Notes: a model not told the origin generated them from the sequence alone. 64,000 nt of DNA from Patescibacteria group bacterium (GCA_041671645.1 JBAZBD010000001.1:671234-735233); one strand, 5' to 3'. Shown: positions 18,443 through 29,787, counted from the stretch's first letter. Numbers and translations: made by a program.

Positions 18443-19186
18443 TTATTTTCCGTCATCGAATTGCATCGAGTCTGGATCCTCTCGTCCCATGCACATGATT
18501 CTATAGATTTTATTTGGAAAATCTTCATTTAGATAGACAGCGTACACCGGAGGATCTTCATCAGTGTATCCATGCCGTGTACGCTCATGGCAATATTCCA
18601 ATATATTTTCCAAGTCCTTATCAGTAGAGTCGCGGAAAGTCGATGCAAGTACTCCATCAGTGCCATAATATCGCACTTTGAGACTGACTCGCCTACTCTC
18701 TCTGTCGAAAGTACTGATCCTTCTGGTCAGAACAGCGGGCACAAACCCGCCAATGTTCCACCACCTTAGAATCCATACTTCGTCTCGATGGACTATCCGG
18801 GACTTTTTTCCGCGGATAAAATACCATAACATCACGCCATCAAGATCTTTGTCTGGCTGTCTTGGTGCTGATTGCGTTACAGCGCGGATGGTACGCCAGC
18901 CCAAGATAGACCACATCAACAAAATTAACGCTACTATCGATGCATCTGCACCGCAGAAAAGACAATATTGCATCAAAATATTATTGATGCAGTAGCCAGC
19001 AGTTGCGGCTGCTCCGCCAGCAATTGCTGAACGGATATCGGTCTTGTACTCTCTTCTCTTGTGAAAGTACCCAGGCCCCAGATCCATCTGACGGCCCCAT
19101 ATCTTCAGAATTGGCAATGCCACCCCGAAGAACACGCAAACTAGGAAACCCAGCCAATTTATGGCTGTTCCAATAATAATCCACAT
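18443..19186 (-). CDS. hypothetical membrane protein
   Basis: AAGGAGG RBS before ATG 19186; several TM segments. Confidence 0.65.
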   Translation of the reverse strand: MWIIIGTAINWLGFLVCVFFGVALPILKIWGRQMDLGPGYFHKRREYKTDIRSAIAGGAAATAGYCINNILMQYCLFCGADASIVALILLMWSILGWRTIRAVTQSAPRQPDKDLDGVMLWYFIRGKKSRIVHRDEVWILRWWNIGGFVPAVLTRRISTFDRESRRVSLKVRYYGTDGVLASTFRDSTDKDLENILEYCHERTRHGYTDEDPPVYAVYLNEDFPNKIYRIMCMGREDPDSMQFDDGK

Positions 19187-19363
19187 AAGTACCTCCTTCC
19201 TTGCTGATTTGAAAATGGGACAAGATGGTCCGATCAGCAAGTGAGCTTGTGGTAAAAACACCATAACACAAAAATTATGTGATTTAAATCGTGAGATTTG
19301 AGTTTAGATCCCTTGAATAGATAGTGCCTTTATTGTATAAATATGGCAGAGGAGGGTTGAAAA

Positions 19364-19693
19364 ATGACCCTAAAAGTTAAGGTGCCTTTTATGGCACTTG
19401 GTCTGGTAGTATTTTTCCAGATATGGCTTTGGCTCAGTACAATATTGTATATATCGCCAAAGGTTCAAACGCTAATTATTTGCTTGGCTGCAATTGCGAT
19501 CATGCTTCTAGCGCTTAAGATGCATTATCGCGCGGATCAACCGTGGGGACCCTTCATTGACGCTGCGTGTTGGGGATCCATACTTACTGTGCTTTTGGTA
19601 GGGGGAGTGAAAGGCTTCGCTCTGTGGACTCCGTGGATAAAGTTGATTGTCTCTCTGCCACCGTCCGGAAACGGCGCATATGCGTTTTACTAA
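19364..19693 (+). CDS. hypothetical membrane protein
   Basis: GAGGAGG RBS; three hydrophobic helices. Confidence 0.65.
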   Translation: MTLKVKVPFMALGLVVFFQIWLWLSTILYISPKVQTLIICLAAIAIMLLALKMHYRADQPWGPFIDAACWGSILTVLLVGGVKGFALWTPWIKLIVSLPPSGNGAYAFY

Positions 19694-19729
19694 ATGCCAA
19701 AATTTCGCACAATTGTGCATTCCTTCACA

Positions 19730-19779
19730 CTTAACCAGAGCAAGCCTGCTCTGGTATTTTATTGCCTACCAAATGTGCC
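19730..19779. repeat. 50-bp direct repeat, copy 2 (overlaps the ybhB stop)
   Basis: Matches 18347-18396. Confidence 0.9.
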
Positions 19780-20199
19780 CATGAGTTCTGCTTCGGCCAC
19801 GATATGGCCTTCGGCCGCCGCCATGAAATCGTCACGGCCGGATTGGTTGTCGAGATCGATAGTAGTGTCGAGAGCGTATAGGTGAAAAGTATAATGATGA
19901 ACTCCGCTTGGCGGACATGGGCCCTGGTAGCCCTCTCCTCCAGAGCTATTAATTCCTTCGACTGCTCCTTCTGGCACTCCGCCCTGTTCGAGATCAGTCA
20001 ACTCTGGCGAGATATTCCAGACCAGCCAGTGAGTCCAGACACCGTCAGGCGCATCTGGGTCTTCCATCATCAAAGCCAGACTTTCTGCCTCCTCTGGTAC
20101 ATCGTCAAAGAAAAAATTTGGATTGATATTCAAGCCGTCACAGGTAAATTTCTCAGGAATACCGCCCTCATTTTCGAAATCAATAGATCCAAAATTCAT
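19759..20199 (-). CDS. YbhB/YbcL (PEBP/Raf kinase inhibitor-like) protein
   Basis: DPDAP..VWTHWLVWNI, YQGPCPPSGVHHYTFHLYALD. Confidence 0.9.
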   Translation of the reverse strand: MNFGSIDFENEGGIPEKFTCDGLNINPNFFFDDVPEEAESLALMMEDPDAPDGVWTHWLVWNISPELTDLEQGGVPEGAVEGINSSGGEGYQGPCPPSGVHHYTFHLYALDTTIDLDNQSGRDDFMAAAEGHIVAEAELMGTFGRQ

Positions 20200-20215
20200 T
20201 TTGCCTCCTCCAATA

Positions 20216-21361
20216 TTATTTTGCTGCCCTTTTGACTGCTTCGCTGACTGACTGAACTACTCCTCGGTCTAGCGGACTCGGGATTATATTCTCTTCGCTT
20301 GGATTCTCGACATAATTAGCCAATGCCATGGCTGCGGCCAGAAGCATTTGGTCGGTAATCCTCTCCGCGTTTGCATCGAGCGCTCCGCGAAATATTCCGG
20401 GGAAAGCCAAGACGTTATTGATCTGATTGGGGAAATCAGATCTTCCTGTTGCCACAACACGAGCGCCAGCACCTTTGGCCACGTTTGGATCAATCTCGGG
20501 CGTTGGGTTGGCCATGGCGAAGACGATCGCGTCCTTGGCCATCGAGGCAACCATTTCCTGATTTAACAAATTTGGTGCCGAGACTCCGATGAAGACATCT
20601 GCATTTCGGATTACTTCTTCGAGTCTGCCTGGCGTCTGATTGTCTGTGATTTTTGCTAGTTCTAATTTTTCTGGAGATAAGCCTGGCCGATCGAGATTAA
20701 TGGAACCTTGTCGATCCACAACAATAATTTGTGCTCTGCTCTCCGAATAATCAAGTAATATTTTAGTTATCGCTGTTCCGGCCGCGCCAGCGCCAGAGAT
20801 AACAATTTTGACATTTTGGATGTCTTTGCCCACCACTTTGAGCGCATTGATGAGACCGGCCAACACAACCACGGCTGTGCCATGTTGATCGTCATGCATG
20901 ACTGGGATACCAATATCTTGCAATCTTCGCTCGATTTCAAAACAGCGTGGGGCGGAAATATCTTCCAGATTGATCGCGCCAAAAACTGGTGCGATGTTTT
21001 TCACACTTCGTATGATCTCTTCGGTGTCCTGGGTCGCCAAACAGATCGGGAAGGCATCAAGACCAGCAAATTCAGCCATGAGCAAGGCTTTGCCTTCCAT
21101 CACCGGAATAGCTCCCTCCGGGCCGATATTGCCAAGGCCGAGAACGGCGCTGCCGTCAGAAACGATGGCGACAGAGTTACGCTTGATTGTCAGTGTCTTG
21201 GCTAGAGATTTGTCCTCTGCGATGGCGAGAGAAACTTTGGCAATTCCAGGAGTATAGAAAGTTGAGAGATCGTCTCTAGTTTTGACCTCAACATTTGGGA
21301 TTATTTTCAATACATTTTTCTTTTTTCTGGCGTCTATCGACGCTTGTCCATAATCAATCAT
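20216..21361 (-). CDS. NAD(P)-dependent malic enzyme
   Basis: YTPG, DGSAVLGLGNIG, PVMEGK, INLEDISAP, HDDQHGTA, GAGAAG, TGRSDFPNQINNVLAFPG. Confidence 0.95.
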   Translation of the reverse strand: MIDYGQASIDARKKKNVLKIIPNVEVKTRDDLSTFYTPGIAKVSLAIAEDKSLAKTLTIKRNSVAIVSDGSAVLGLGNIGPEGAIPVMEGKALLMAEFAGLDAFPICLATQDTEEIIRSVKNIAPVFGAINLEDISAPRCFEIERRLQDIGIPVMHDDQHGTAVVVLAGLINALKVVGKDIQNVKIVISGAGAAGTAITKILLDYSESRAQIIVVDRQGSINLDRPGLSPEKLELAKITDNQTPGRLEEVIRNADVFIGVSAPNLLNQEMVASMAKDAIVFAMANPTPEIDPNVAKGAGARVVATGRSDFPNQINNVLAFPGIFRGALDANAERITDQMLLAAAMALANYVENPSEENIIPSPLDRGVVQSVSEAVKRAAK

Positions 21362-21503
21362 ATAACTCCAAAATTCTTTAATAGTTCGCATCATAAGATT
21401 AGCACAAATTAGGTCAAATGGCATATCCTTGCTCTGCTCGTAATAATCTGATTAATTTCAGATATAATATATATAACTTTACAAAATAAACGGAACGAAT
21501 CGA

Positions 21504-22112
21504 ATGAAAAATATTGAAGTTGAAGTACGCGGCATGCTGCCCAAAGAAAAAGTAGAGCGGCTTAAAACTTTATTCGCCAAAGATGGGAGGCTCAAAGAAT
21601 CCAAAAAACGTTTGCTAATAGATTATTCTTCATTTATTCCGGGCCAAGAGCTCGGAGACAGGGACAGGGATATCCGCCTCCGAACTACCAATGGCCAGCC
21701 CGAAATAATTGTCAAACTTGGCAATTGGGGAGTGGACGAGCGTAGAGAAGAAATCTCTATCAAGACAGAGGAGGGCAGCTTCGAGGAGCTAGTCAAAGCT
21801 TTTGCTGCCATGAACATGAGAAAAGGGATGATGGCTATCAGAGAGAGTGAAGTCTACGATTATAAAGGCATTGAGTTCGCTATCGTGACTGTACCAAACC
21901 ATAGCTACTATTTCGAGGCCGAGAAGATGTCAACCGAGGAAAATTCGAAGCAGGCTTACCAAGAAATTCTGGAAGTTTGCAAAGATTTGGGCCTAGAGCC
22001 GTTTGACCAGAAGGGATTTCTGGACTATATCGATCTTCTCAATAAGGAAGCCAACCAGGTTTTTGATTTTGAAAAGTACACGCCAGGATACTTCGATAAG
22101 TTCTTGATCTAA
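21504..22112 (+). CDS. CYTH domain protein
   Basis: EVEVR, DIRLR, REEI, YFEAE. Confidence 0.75.
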   Translation: MKNIEVEVRGMLPKEKVERLKTLFAKDGRLKESKKRLLIDYSSFIPGQELGDRDRDIRLRTTNGQPEIIVKLGNWGVDERREEISIKTEEGSFEELVKAFAAMNMRKGMMAIRESEVYDYKGIEFAIVTVPNHSYYFEAEKMSTEENSKQAYQEILEVCKDLGLEPFDQKGFLDYIDLLNKEANQVFDFEKYTPGYFDKFLI

Positions 22113-22184
22113 AAATTTTTCGTGCTAATCATCTGCCAAGAACTATTTTTTGGTGGCGGATTGGACGCTATAGCGTGATAACCG

Positions 22185-23396
22185 CTACTTTCGGCCAGTA
22201 GATTCATTCGGCAGATTTATTGTATGACCTAACGCTGAATGCCCGGAAGCGTTGAACTCAATAATAGCTTCTTTAAGCTTCTTGATGCCGGTTATTAATT
22301 CATCATCTTTATAAGTGGCGAAACCAAATCTCAAATATGTCCTGAAATGGTTGCTGTCTCCGGCACATTTAATGCCAGGAACAAATACGATGCCCTTTTT
22401 GTCCTTTGCAAATTGCCTAAATTTGTCATCGGCAATCAGATCTTCTTTTAGATCGGTCCAAATATAGTAACCCCCGGCAGGGGTACGAAAGCTAGACTTG
22501 GGAAAAATATCCCTTAATTCTGTAACAAGTTCTTTTTGCTTTCTCTTTAGAAATTTAACCCAGATTTCGATGATCATATTCATATCTTGATTCTGGATAA
22601 TCCCCTCCATTAATCTCGCCGATATGGGGTTAAAACCGCCTGAACTCTGTACGTATCCACTTTCGGAAATTTTCTCAATAACGGATTTCTCTGCCTCTAT
22701 CCACCCAAGCCTTACTCCTGGACCGAATATTTTTGAAAATGATCCGATGTTAATTATTCTGCCCAAATCCTTTGACAAAATATCGTCATATTCTATTTCT
22801 GCAAAATTGAGATATTTATAGACGTTATCAACTAAGAGCCAGGTGTTCTTGTTTTCTTTGATTATTTCAACCAATTTTCTAGCCCTATCCTTACTCATAC
22901 ACACGCCTGTTGGATTCTGGAAGAAAGGCGTGACATGGATGAATACATTTTCTTCATGAGGAATAGTTCGTAGATGCGACAAAATCATATCCACCGAAAT
23001 ACCCTCCGAGTCCATATCTGCGAAATGCAAACTGAGGTTTAATTCTTTAAATAAGTCTATCATAGGAAAATAGGTCGGTCGCTCCATGATTACTGATGCC
23101 CTGCCTCCAGAAAGCGAGATGATTGATAAGAGAATCCCATGTGTCGCGCCGTTGGTAATAAATAGATTCTCTGGATTCAGAATTCTTCGCTCTTTACCCC
23201 CAATAAAATTTGCGAGTATTCTCTTAAATCTTGGATAGCCTGAAGAGAATCCATATTGTAGAAGATTCGGATCTTTTTCCTTTGATAAATCAAGAGACAT
23301 TTGGTTGATTATTCTCGAAAATGGAAGTACTGAAACACAGGGTAACCCCGCGCTGATATGTATTCTATCGTGTATATCAAACATTTCGTATGACAT
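22185..23396 (-). CDS. PLP-dependent aminotransferase class I/II (Aro8/LysN-like)
   Basis: ITNGA, FQNPTG, DNVY, GSFSKIFGPGVRLGW, PAGGYYIW. Confidence 0.9.
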   Translation of the reverse strand: MSYEMFDIHDRIHISAGLPCVSVLPFSRIINQMSLDLSKEKDPNLLQYGFSSGYPRFKRILANFIGGKERRILNPENLFITNGATHGILLSIISLSGGRASVIMERPTYFPMIDLFKELNLSLHFADMDSEGISVDMILSHLRTIPHEENVFIHVTPFFQNPTGVCMSKDRARKLVEIIKENKNTWLLVDNVYKYLNFAEIEYDDILSKDLGRIINIGSFSKIFGPGVRLGWIEAEKSVIEKISESGYVQSSGGFNPISARLMEGIIQNQDMNMIIEIWVKFLKRKQKELVTELRDIFPKSSFRTPAGGYYIWTDLKEDLIADDKFRQFAKDKKGIVFVPGIKCAGDSNHFRTYLRFGFATYKDDELITGIKKLKEAIIEFNASGHSALGHTINLPNESTGRK

Positions 23397-23527
23397 GCTG
23401 CTTATTTCATTAATAATCTAGATTTCGGTAATAAGGTTATCTTTTATTTTAATGGTACTTTAACATATTTACTCGACAAATGTGTACATTAAAAAAGGCC
23501 TCCTAGATAGGCGGCCTTGCGATTGAT

Positions 23528-24856
23528 TTATTTTTTGACTTCGATTTCGAGGACGTAGACCCCAAGGGCCTCACGTTCTTCTGAGTAAATCTCTCGAAGT
23601 AGCCAGAGGACCTGATCCCAATTTTTGTCTGGGACAATCTTGGTGTGATCCTCCACATTCAGCATCTCTTCAAAGTCACCGTAGACACGAACGTCTTTCA
23701 CATGGATCACGCTCTGCTCTGTGCTGGAAGCAAGGAGAATGTCCTCGCCCGGTCGGATAGTTTTGATATTATCATACCCAACACGCACTTCGATGGTTTT
23801 CTGGCCAGACGTAATTTGTCTTAAGAGATGGTTCTTTACTCTTATGGTTCTCACTGTATTCCCTCCAACTTTGAAACTCCACTGCTGTGTCACCTTTCGT
23901 GGATGATATGCAGCAGGCATTGCGGCATCCAAGCTCCAACCAAGCTTTTGTAAGACAATCGTCTCTTCTACACCCGGCACGATATGGATATAAAGCTTGT
24001 GTCCATATGCCGAAAGAACGAATGGTAGGTCTCGGAGCAGAGCGATCATTGCGCAGATATTGTTCGCGCACAGAGGCATGACCTTGATCGGTTCTCCCTT
24101 TTTGGGTGTTGCTCCCGCAACGCCCAAAACATTGTTCTCTCGATCAACAGCGACATACACCAATTTGTATTTTGTGTTAATGTCGCCAGTACCACGTCTG
24201 TAGTACCCTTCAAAAAGCGAGCCGACCCAAGAATCATCAATACCGTTAAAACACGACTTTAGATTTTCAAGGATCAACTTGCGTACCTGGTCTTCGTGTC
24301 TCAGCTCCATTGGAATTACCGAGATATTTAACGCTTCCTCGATATCACAGCTTGATGTGTCCGCAATAAGCTTGTAGAGCATCGTCTCAACAATCCCAAT
24401 CTTGTAGTGACTGTCAGACTCACCAGCGATCAGATAACCTTTCCTGAGGAAAAAACCCAGAGCTAAAGTATTCTGTTTTGCAACAGTGCAGTAAATCTGC
24501 CTCGCACCGTTGGATTCGGCATACTCTTCTGCTTTCGCGAGAAGCTGGCTACCATAACCTTTGGTCGAGCGGAAATGTGGCGATACGATCAGCGGACTGA
24601 TTTTGTACGTACCCTGTCTCTTGCCAACCACATGAACCATCCCGACAACTTCGTCGTCGACGCAACCGACAAACATTTTCTGTTCTTTGGAGAAATGTCC
24701 GATAGCATCAACCCCACCGGAAATGTGGGTCTGAAAAATCCGCTCGGCATGCGACGTATGGTCGCCACCGTAGTAAGGTTCGAGTGCTTCTTTCATCAAC
24801 TCGATAACAGTTTTAAGGTCAGCACTTATCGCTTCCCTTATGCAAAGTTCGGCCAT
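23528..24856 (-). CDS. GNAT acetyltransferase fused to a C-terminal ASCH domain
   Basis: AAGGAGG RBS before ATG 24856; GNAT motif VSPHFRSTKGYGSQLL; ASCH motif ITSGQKTIEVR...IRPGE. Confidence 0.8.
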   Translation of the reverse strand: MAELCIREAISADLKTVIELMKEALEPYYGGDHTSHAERIFQTHISGGVDAIGHFSKEQKMFVGCVDDEVVGMVHVVGKRQGTYKISPLIVSPHFRSTKGYGSQLLAKAEEYAESNGARQIYCTVAKQNTLALGFFLRKGYLIAGESDSHYKIGIVETMLYKLIADTSSCDIEEALNISVIPMELRHEDQVRKLILENLKSCFNGIDDSWVGSLFEGYYRRGTGDINTKYKLVYVAVDRENNVLGVAGATPKKGEPIKVMPLCANNICAMIALLRDLPFVLSAYGHKLYIHIVPGVEETIVLQKLGWSLDAAMPAAYHPRKVTQQWSFKVGGNTVRTIRVKNHLLRQITSGQKTIEVRVGYDNIKTIRPGEDILLASSTEQSVIHVKDVRVYGDFEEMLNVEDHTKIVPDKNWDQVLWLLREIYSEEREALGVYVLEIEVKK

Positions 24857-25000
24857 GTACAGCCTCCTTCGTCTGTCGCTAACCATGCTTTGGTTTGAGC
24901 GACTGGAAACTCCCTTGCGGGGTAACATTCTTATAACATAAGAAACTAATTTAGTCAACAAAAAAATCCTCCCTCTTGCCCTGCTACGGATAGTACATTT

Positions 25001-25336
25001 CTACAATAGTGCGATCTTGATGCCTACTACGCCGAGACTTGACTCCTGTTTCGGAGTGTAGAATTCATATAATTCGGCAAGAAAATTTTGCTTGTCCGAG
25101 CCCCCTACCGCTGCTACTCCAACTTGATCAATTAGTTCGGCGAAAGTCTTACTGTATATTAGTTCAGTTACTTTAACTCTAAAAATATCGTGGCTTTTGA
25201 CATTCTCGAAATCTATAAAATCGCCAGCCTTGATCATCTTACGTTTCTCGTCAAAAAGACGGCACTCTATGCTTTTCTCGCCCGATGCGATTTTTTTGAA
25301 GTATTTTGGTTGCAGGCTCATCTTGTGATCTGGCAT
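25001..25336 (-). CDS. ASCH domain protein
   Basis: YFKKIASGEKSIECRLFDEKR..IKAGD...FY...GVVGI. Confidence 0.9.
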   Translation of the reverse strand: MPDHKMSLQPKYFKKIASGEKSIECRLFDEKRKMIKAGDFIDFENVKSHDIFRVKVTELIYSKTFAELIDQVGVAAVGGSDKQNFLAELYEFYTPKQESSLGVVGIKIALL

Positions 25337-25356
25337 AATAATTCCATGTTTAGCTG

Positions 25357-28182
25357 CTAATTTAGAAGTTTGGCCAGATATTGGCCGGTGTATGATGCTT
25401 TGACTTTTACGATCTCTTCTGGCGTGCCAGTGGCAACTATCTGACCGCCGCCATCCCCACCTTCGGGACCCAGATCGATGATATGATCGGCTGATTTGAT
25501 AACATCGAGGTTGTGTTCGATCACCAAGACTGTGTTACCTTTGTCGACCAGAGCTTTGAGCACTCCGATCAGCTTGTTGACGTCTTCGAAATGAAGGCCG
25601 GTCGTCGGCTCGTCTAGGATGTAAAAAGTCTTGCCTGTGCCACGGTGAGCCAATTCAGAGGCTAGTTTGATCCTCTGGGCTTCACCGCCGGATAAGGTCG
25701 TAGCTGGTTGGCCCAGTCTGATGTAGCCAAGACCAACTTCAGAGAGGACGCTCAATTTTTGATAGATTTGAGGAATATTTTTGAAAAATTGCGTCGCTTC
25801 GTCTACCGTCATAGCCAAAATATCAGCAATGTTCTTGCCTTTGAAGTGAATATCGAGCGCTTCGGAGTTGTATCTCTTGCCTTTGCACTCTTCACAAGTG
25901 ATATAAACGTCTGGTAGGAAATGCATCTCTATCTTGATCACGCCCTCGCCACGGCATTTCTCGCATCTTCCGCCTTTGACATTAAAGGAGAAGCGGCCAG
26001 CTTTGTAACCGCGAATTTTGGCCTCAGAAGTAGCGGCAAATAGATCACGAATGAGATTGAAGACTCCAGTGTAGGTGGCTGAATTTGACCTTGGGGTCTT
26101 ACCAATCGGAGATTGGTCGATATCGATCACTTTGTTTAGATACTCCAGCCCTTTGATCTCTTTGAATTGGCCTGGCTCTACTTTGGCATGGTGAAAAACT
26201 TTGGACATATGCTTGGCCAAGATATCGTTGATCAGAGTAGATTTACCCGATCCAGAGACGCCAGTGACGCAGGTGAAAGTATTTAGTGGAATCTTAGCAG
26301 AAACATCTTTCAGATTATTCTCGGTCGCACCAATAATTTCAACAAATTCGCCACTGCCTGGTCTGCGAATTTTTGGAATTGTAACCTTCTTCTTACCGGA
26401 GAGATATTGACCAGTGATTGATTCGGGACAGGCCATGATTACTTCAGGGCTTCCTTCAGCTACAATTTTTCCCCCGTGCTCCCCTGCTCCAGGTCCGACA
26501 TCAATGACCCAATCAGCTGATTTGATCGTATCTTCGTCGTGCTCAACCACGATCACAGTATTACCAAGATCACGCAGGTTGTTCAGGGTTGCGAGCAATC
26601 TGTTGTTGTCTCGCTGATGCAAACCAATCGAAGGCTCGTCCAGAATATAGAGGACTCCCATCAACCCTGAGCCGATTTGGGTAGCCAATCGGATACGTTG
26701 AGCTTCGCCACCAGCTAGAGTGGCGGCGCTTCGGTTGATAGTGAGATAGGACAATCCAACATCTTCCAAAAATTGGAGTCTCTGCATGATTTCTTTGGTG
26801 ATCAGATTGGCAATCTGTTTCTCATTTGGTGTGAGTTTGCCATCAATCTCTTTGAAAAAAGCGATTGATTTGCTGATAGTCATATCCGAAAGAGTCGAGA
26901 TATTTGTGCCATATATTTTGACCCCCAAAACCTCACGTCGAAGTCTGGCTCCACCACATATCGGGCATTTCTTGACGATCATATACTTCTCGATCTCGGT
27001 CTTGATATAGTCGGAATCAGTTTCCTTATATCTGCGTTCCATATTTGGTATGACACCTTCATACTTTGTTTCATACCCACCAACATTGAAAATTTCCTCT
27101 CCTGCACCAAACAAAATCAGGTTGAGCGAATCTTTCGAAAGTTTTCCGACAGGTATATTTAAATCGACGCCGTACTTCTCTGCCGCTTTTTCCATAGTGC
27201 GAAAATACCAACCTGGATGACCGATATTACGTGACCATGGTCTGATTGCGCCCTCGCTCAGTGTCAATTTGGGGTTTGGCAATATCAGATGTGGCTCGAT
27301 CTCTGACTTGACGCCCAGGCCCTGACAATGCTTGCAGGCACCGTGAGGTGAGTTAAAAGAGAATGAGCGGGGCTGGATTTCTGGCATCGAAATTCCGCAA
27401 TCAGGGCAGGAGTGTTGCTCAGAAAATGATTGATCTGTTTCTTTTTCGAAATCAAAAATAATAATCTTGCCGTTTGATTCTTTCAGCCCCTTCTCGATCG
27501 AATCATAAAGTCGGCTTTTGGTCGAATCATCAATATTATCAGCTTCCAATATCACGCGGTCGACTACAATTTCTATATTGTGACGTTTGTTCTTGTCAAT
27601 TTCTTTGTTCTCCGCCTCTTCGAGGTCCATGATGGTGCCGTCGATCCGGATACGAGAAAAGCCAGATTTCAAGATTTTGGCGAAGACATCTTTGTGCTCG
27701 CCCTTCTTGTCCTCGACTACTGGCGCCAAGACGGCCAGGCGACGAGTCTGGGTATTTTCTCTGATAATAGTATCGACAATTTGGCCAACGGTTTGCTTGA
27801 CCACTGCTTTGCCACATTTCGGACAGTGGATGATGCCAACTCGTGCGAATAGGAGACGATAATAGTCATATATTTCGGTGATAGTGCCGACAGTAGAGCG
27901 AGGATTGCGAGAAGCGGATTTCTGATCTATCGAGATGGCTGGTGAAAGACCTTCGATACTATCAACGTCTGGCTTTTCCATCATGCCGAGAAACTGTCGT
28001 GCATAAGAAGAGAGCGACTCAACATATTTGCGCTGTCCCTCTGCATAAATCGTGTCGAAAGCAAGGGAGGATTTACCTGAACCGGAAAGGCCGGTAATCA
28101 CGACAAACTTATCTCTCGGAATTTCGAGCGAGACATTTTTCAAATTGTGTTCCCTTGCACCGGTAATTTTTATATTATGCAT
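25357..28182 (-). CDS. uvrA: excinuclease ABC subunit A
   Basis: [30 protein letters not shown], two ABC domains, Zn fingers. Confidence 0.99.
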   Translation of the reverse strand: MHNIKITGAREHNLKNVSLEIPRDKFVVITGLSGSGKSSLAFDTIYAEGQRKYVESLSSYARQFLGMMEKPDVDSIEGLSPAISIDQKSASRNPRSTVGTITEIYDYYRLLFARVGIIHCPKCGKAVVKQTVGQIVDTIIRENTQTRRLAVLAPVVEDKKGEHKDVFAKILKSGFSRIRIDGTIMDLEEAENKEIDKNKRHNIEIVVDRVILEADNIDDSTKSRLYDSIEKGLKESNGKIIIFDFEKETDQSFSEQHSCPDCGISMPEIQPRSFSFNSPHGACKHCQGLGVKSEIEPHLILPNPKLTLSEGAIRPWSRNIGHPGWYFRTMEKAAEKYGVDLNIPVGKLSKDSLNLILFGAGEEIFNVGGYETKYEGVIPNMERRYKETDSDYIKTEIEKYMIVKKCPICGGARLRREVLGVKIYGTNISTLSDMTISKSIAFFKEIDGKLTPNEKQIANLITKEIMQRLQFLEDVGLSYLTINRSAATLAGGEAQRIRLATQIGSGLMGVLYILDEPSIGLHQRDNNRLLATLNNLRDLGNTVIVVEHDEDTIKSADWVIDVGPGAGEHGGKIVAEGSPEVIMACPESITGQYLSGKKKVTIPKIRRPGSGEFVEIIGATENNLKDVSAKIPLNTFTCVTGVSGSGKSTLINDILAKHMSKVFHHAKVEPGQFKEIKGLEYLNKVIDIDQSPIGKTPRSNSATYTGVFNLIRDLFAATSEAKIRGYKAGRFSFNVKGGRCEKCRGEGVIKIEMHFLPDVYITCEECKGKRYNSEALDIHFKGKNIADILAMTVDEATQFFKNIPQIYQKLSVLSEVGLGYIRLGQPATTLSGGEAQRIKLASELAHRGTGKTFYILDEPTTGLHFEDVNKLIGVLKALVDKGNTVLVIEHNLDVIKSADHIIDLGPEGGDGGGQIVATGTPEEIVKVKASYTGQYLAKLLN

Positions 28183-28417
28183 GGAAATAATGGATTACGA
28201 ATTATTCAAATTACGAATGTTTATTCTTATCAATGCTCCGTACTGCTTCGCAGGTGAAAATTGATCCGCAAAATTATACCACTCTCAGTCAAGTATTTCA
28301 ATCGTGGCCTCCTTTCGCCCACCTTGCGGATGAAATTGCTTGCATTTTTTTGCGTTTTATTTATATAGTAAGAAAAGCAATCGATAACAAAAAAATATTT
28401 ATAAATAGGAGCAAGTT

Positions 28418-28888
28418 ATGGAGAACAACATCGACACCATCATCGGCGTCAATGTGACGCTAAAGGGCAACCTTTATAACAAAGGTTCGATCCAAGTCAA
28501 CGGCAGTGTCGAGGGGGAAGTGAAGAGTGATGAGAACATTGTGATTGGCGATTCAGCCAAGATCAAAGGCCCAGTCATCGCCAAGAAGATAGAAGTTTCC
28601 GGCGAAGTTATCGGCACTATCGAAGCTTCTGAGAAACTTGAGATCAATCCGACAGGCAGAATCGTTGGAGATTTGAAGGCCAAAACTTTGATTATCAAAG
28701 AAGGCGCTGCTTTTGTTGGCAAGAGCTTGATGCCAGCTACTTCTGCCGCAGGAGACACTGAGGCCAAGAAAGACGCCAAGGACGAAGAAACTGAGAAGGA
28801 TTCAGCCACAAACGTATTTGAAGAAGAGAGCAAATTAGCCGACAAACCAGAATCTTCCGACAAGCTAGGCTTCTTTAGCAAAAAATAA
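28418..28888 (+). CDS. bactofilin (polymer-forming cytoskeletal protein)
   Basis: TIIG...LKGNL...IQVNGSVEGEV...IEVSGEVIG beta-helix repeats. Confidence 0.9.
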   Translation: MENNIDTIIGVNVTLKGNLYNKGSIQVNGSVEGEVKSDENIVIGDSAKIKGPVIAKKIEVSGEVIGTIEASEKLEINPTGRIVGDLKAKTLIIKEGAAFVGKSLMPATSAAGDTEAKKDAKDEETEKDSATNVFEEESKLADKPESSDKLGFFSKK

Positions 28889-28909
28889 TTAATTCAAGTT
28901 CGCCTTCAA

Positions 28910-28951
28910 TTTTCTGTTTTGAGATTTGAATTTTGAATTTTGAATTTTGAA
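28910..28951. repeat. heptamer tandem repeat (TTTTGAA-like, 6 units)
   Basis: TTTTCTG TTTTGAG ATTTGAA TTTTGAA TTTTGAA TTTTGAA. Confidence 0.8.
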
Positions 28952-28953
28952 TA

Positions 28954-29724
28954 ATGTACTATTATATTTTCGATATCAAGAGATGCAAGAATAAGACACT
29001 CGTAACTGACATCAAAAGCTACTTGTCTTCTCTTGGCATTTCCGGAGAATTTACCTATCCTTCGGCCGCCTACACCACCGAGGAGCTTGTCGACTTGGGC
29101 ATCTCCAAGAAATATAACACTATCGTCGGAATCGGCAGTGATGATTTGGCGAATTCGATTGCCAGTCGCCTTTGCGGGCGACAAGAAGCGATGGGTATGA
29201 TTCCGCTCGAAGCTTCGGCCGAGCTCACCGCCCTTATCGGAGCGAAAACCTGGCGCGAAGGCGCGGAGAACCTAAGATATCGCAAGATTACCACTATGAA
29301 AATAGGCAAAACCGCAAATGGTAGCGGATTTTTGACTGATTTGGAGTTGGCGTTGAAGGGACCGACTGAGATAACGATCGAATTTCGAGATTATATGGTC
29401 CAGGCTAAGGTAACCAAACTGGTTATCTCTAACTTCAACCCTGAAATTACGAAGATCGGACCAGACTTTCTCGATGTCGTATTCGAAAGTGTTGCTCCAG
29501 AACAAAATATGCTCTCTAGAATTGGAAATTTTCTCGGCATGGGCAAAGATGACCACAAAAGCAGTTTTTCCCTTTTTCGAGGCCGCTCACTCCGACTTTT
29601 CACAAGCTCTCAGATTCCGCTCGCCTCAAAGGGCCACGCGATAGCCAAAACTCCTCAGTTGGTCGAGAGCTCAGACGAAGATTTGCGTTTAATCATCGGC
29701 AAAAAGAGTGTCATCCTAGAATAA
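28954..29724 (+). CDS. diacylglycerol kinase-family-like protein (divergent)
   Basis: TIVGIGSDD and MGMIPL resemble the DAGK GGDG and LGIIP motifs, but are degenerate. Confidence 0.6.
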   Translation: MYYYIFDIKRCKNKTLVTDIKSYLSSLGISGEFTYPSAAYTTEELVDLGISKKYNTIVGIGSDDLANSIASRLCGRQEAMGMIPLEASAELTALIGAKTWREGAENLRYRKITTMKIGKTANGSGFLTDLELALKGPTEITIEFRDYMVQAKVTKLVISNFNPEITKIGPDFLDVVFESVAPEQNMLSRIGNFLGMGKDDHKSSFSLFRGRSLRLFTSSQIPLASKGHAIAKTPQLVESSDEDLRLIIGKKSVILE

Positions 29725-29787
29725 AATCTCCCGTACTCAAGAAAAAGGAAACTTATCAGGCGAAAAAGAAAAAAGCTATTACTCATT

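Noticed and set aside
17405-19729. Prophage or integrase-driven island at tRNA-Gln
   Set aside because: There are no integrase or phage genes, and the tRNA 3' duplication encloses only about 140 nt.
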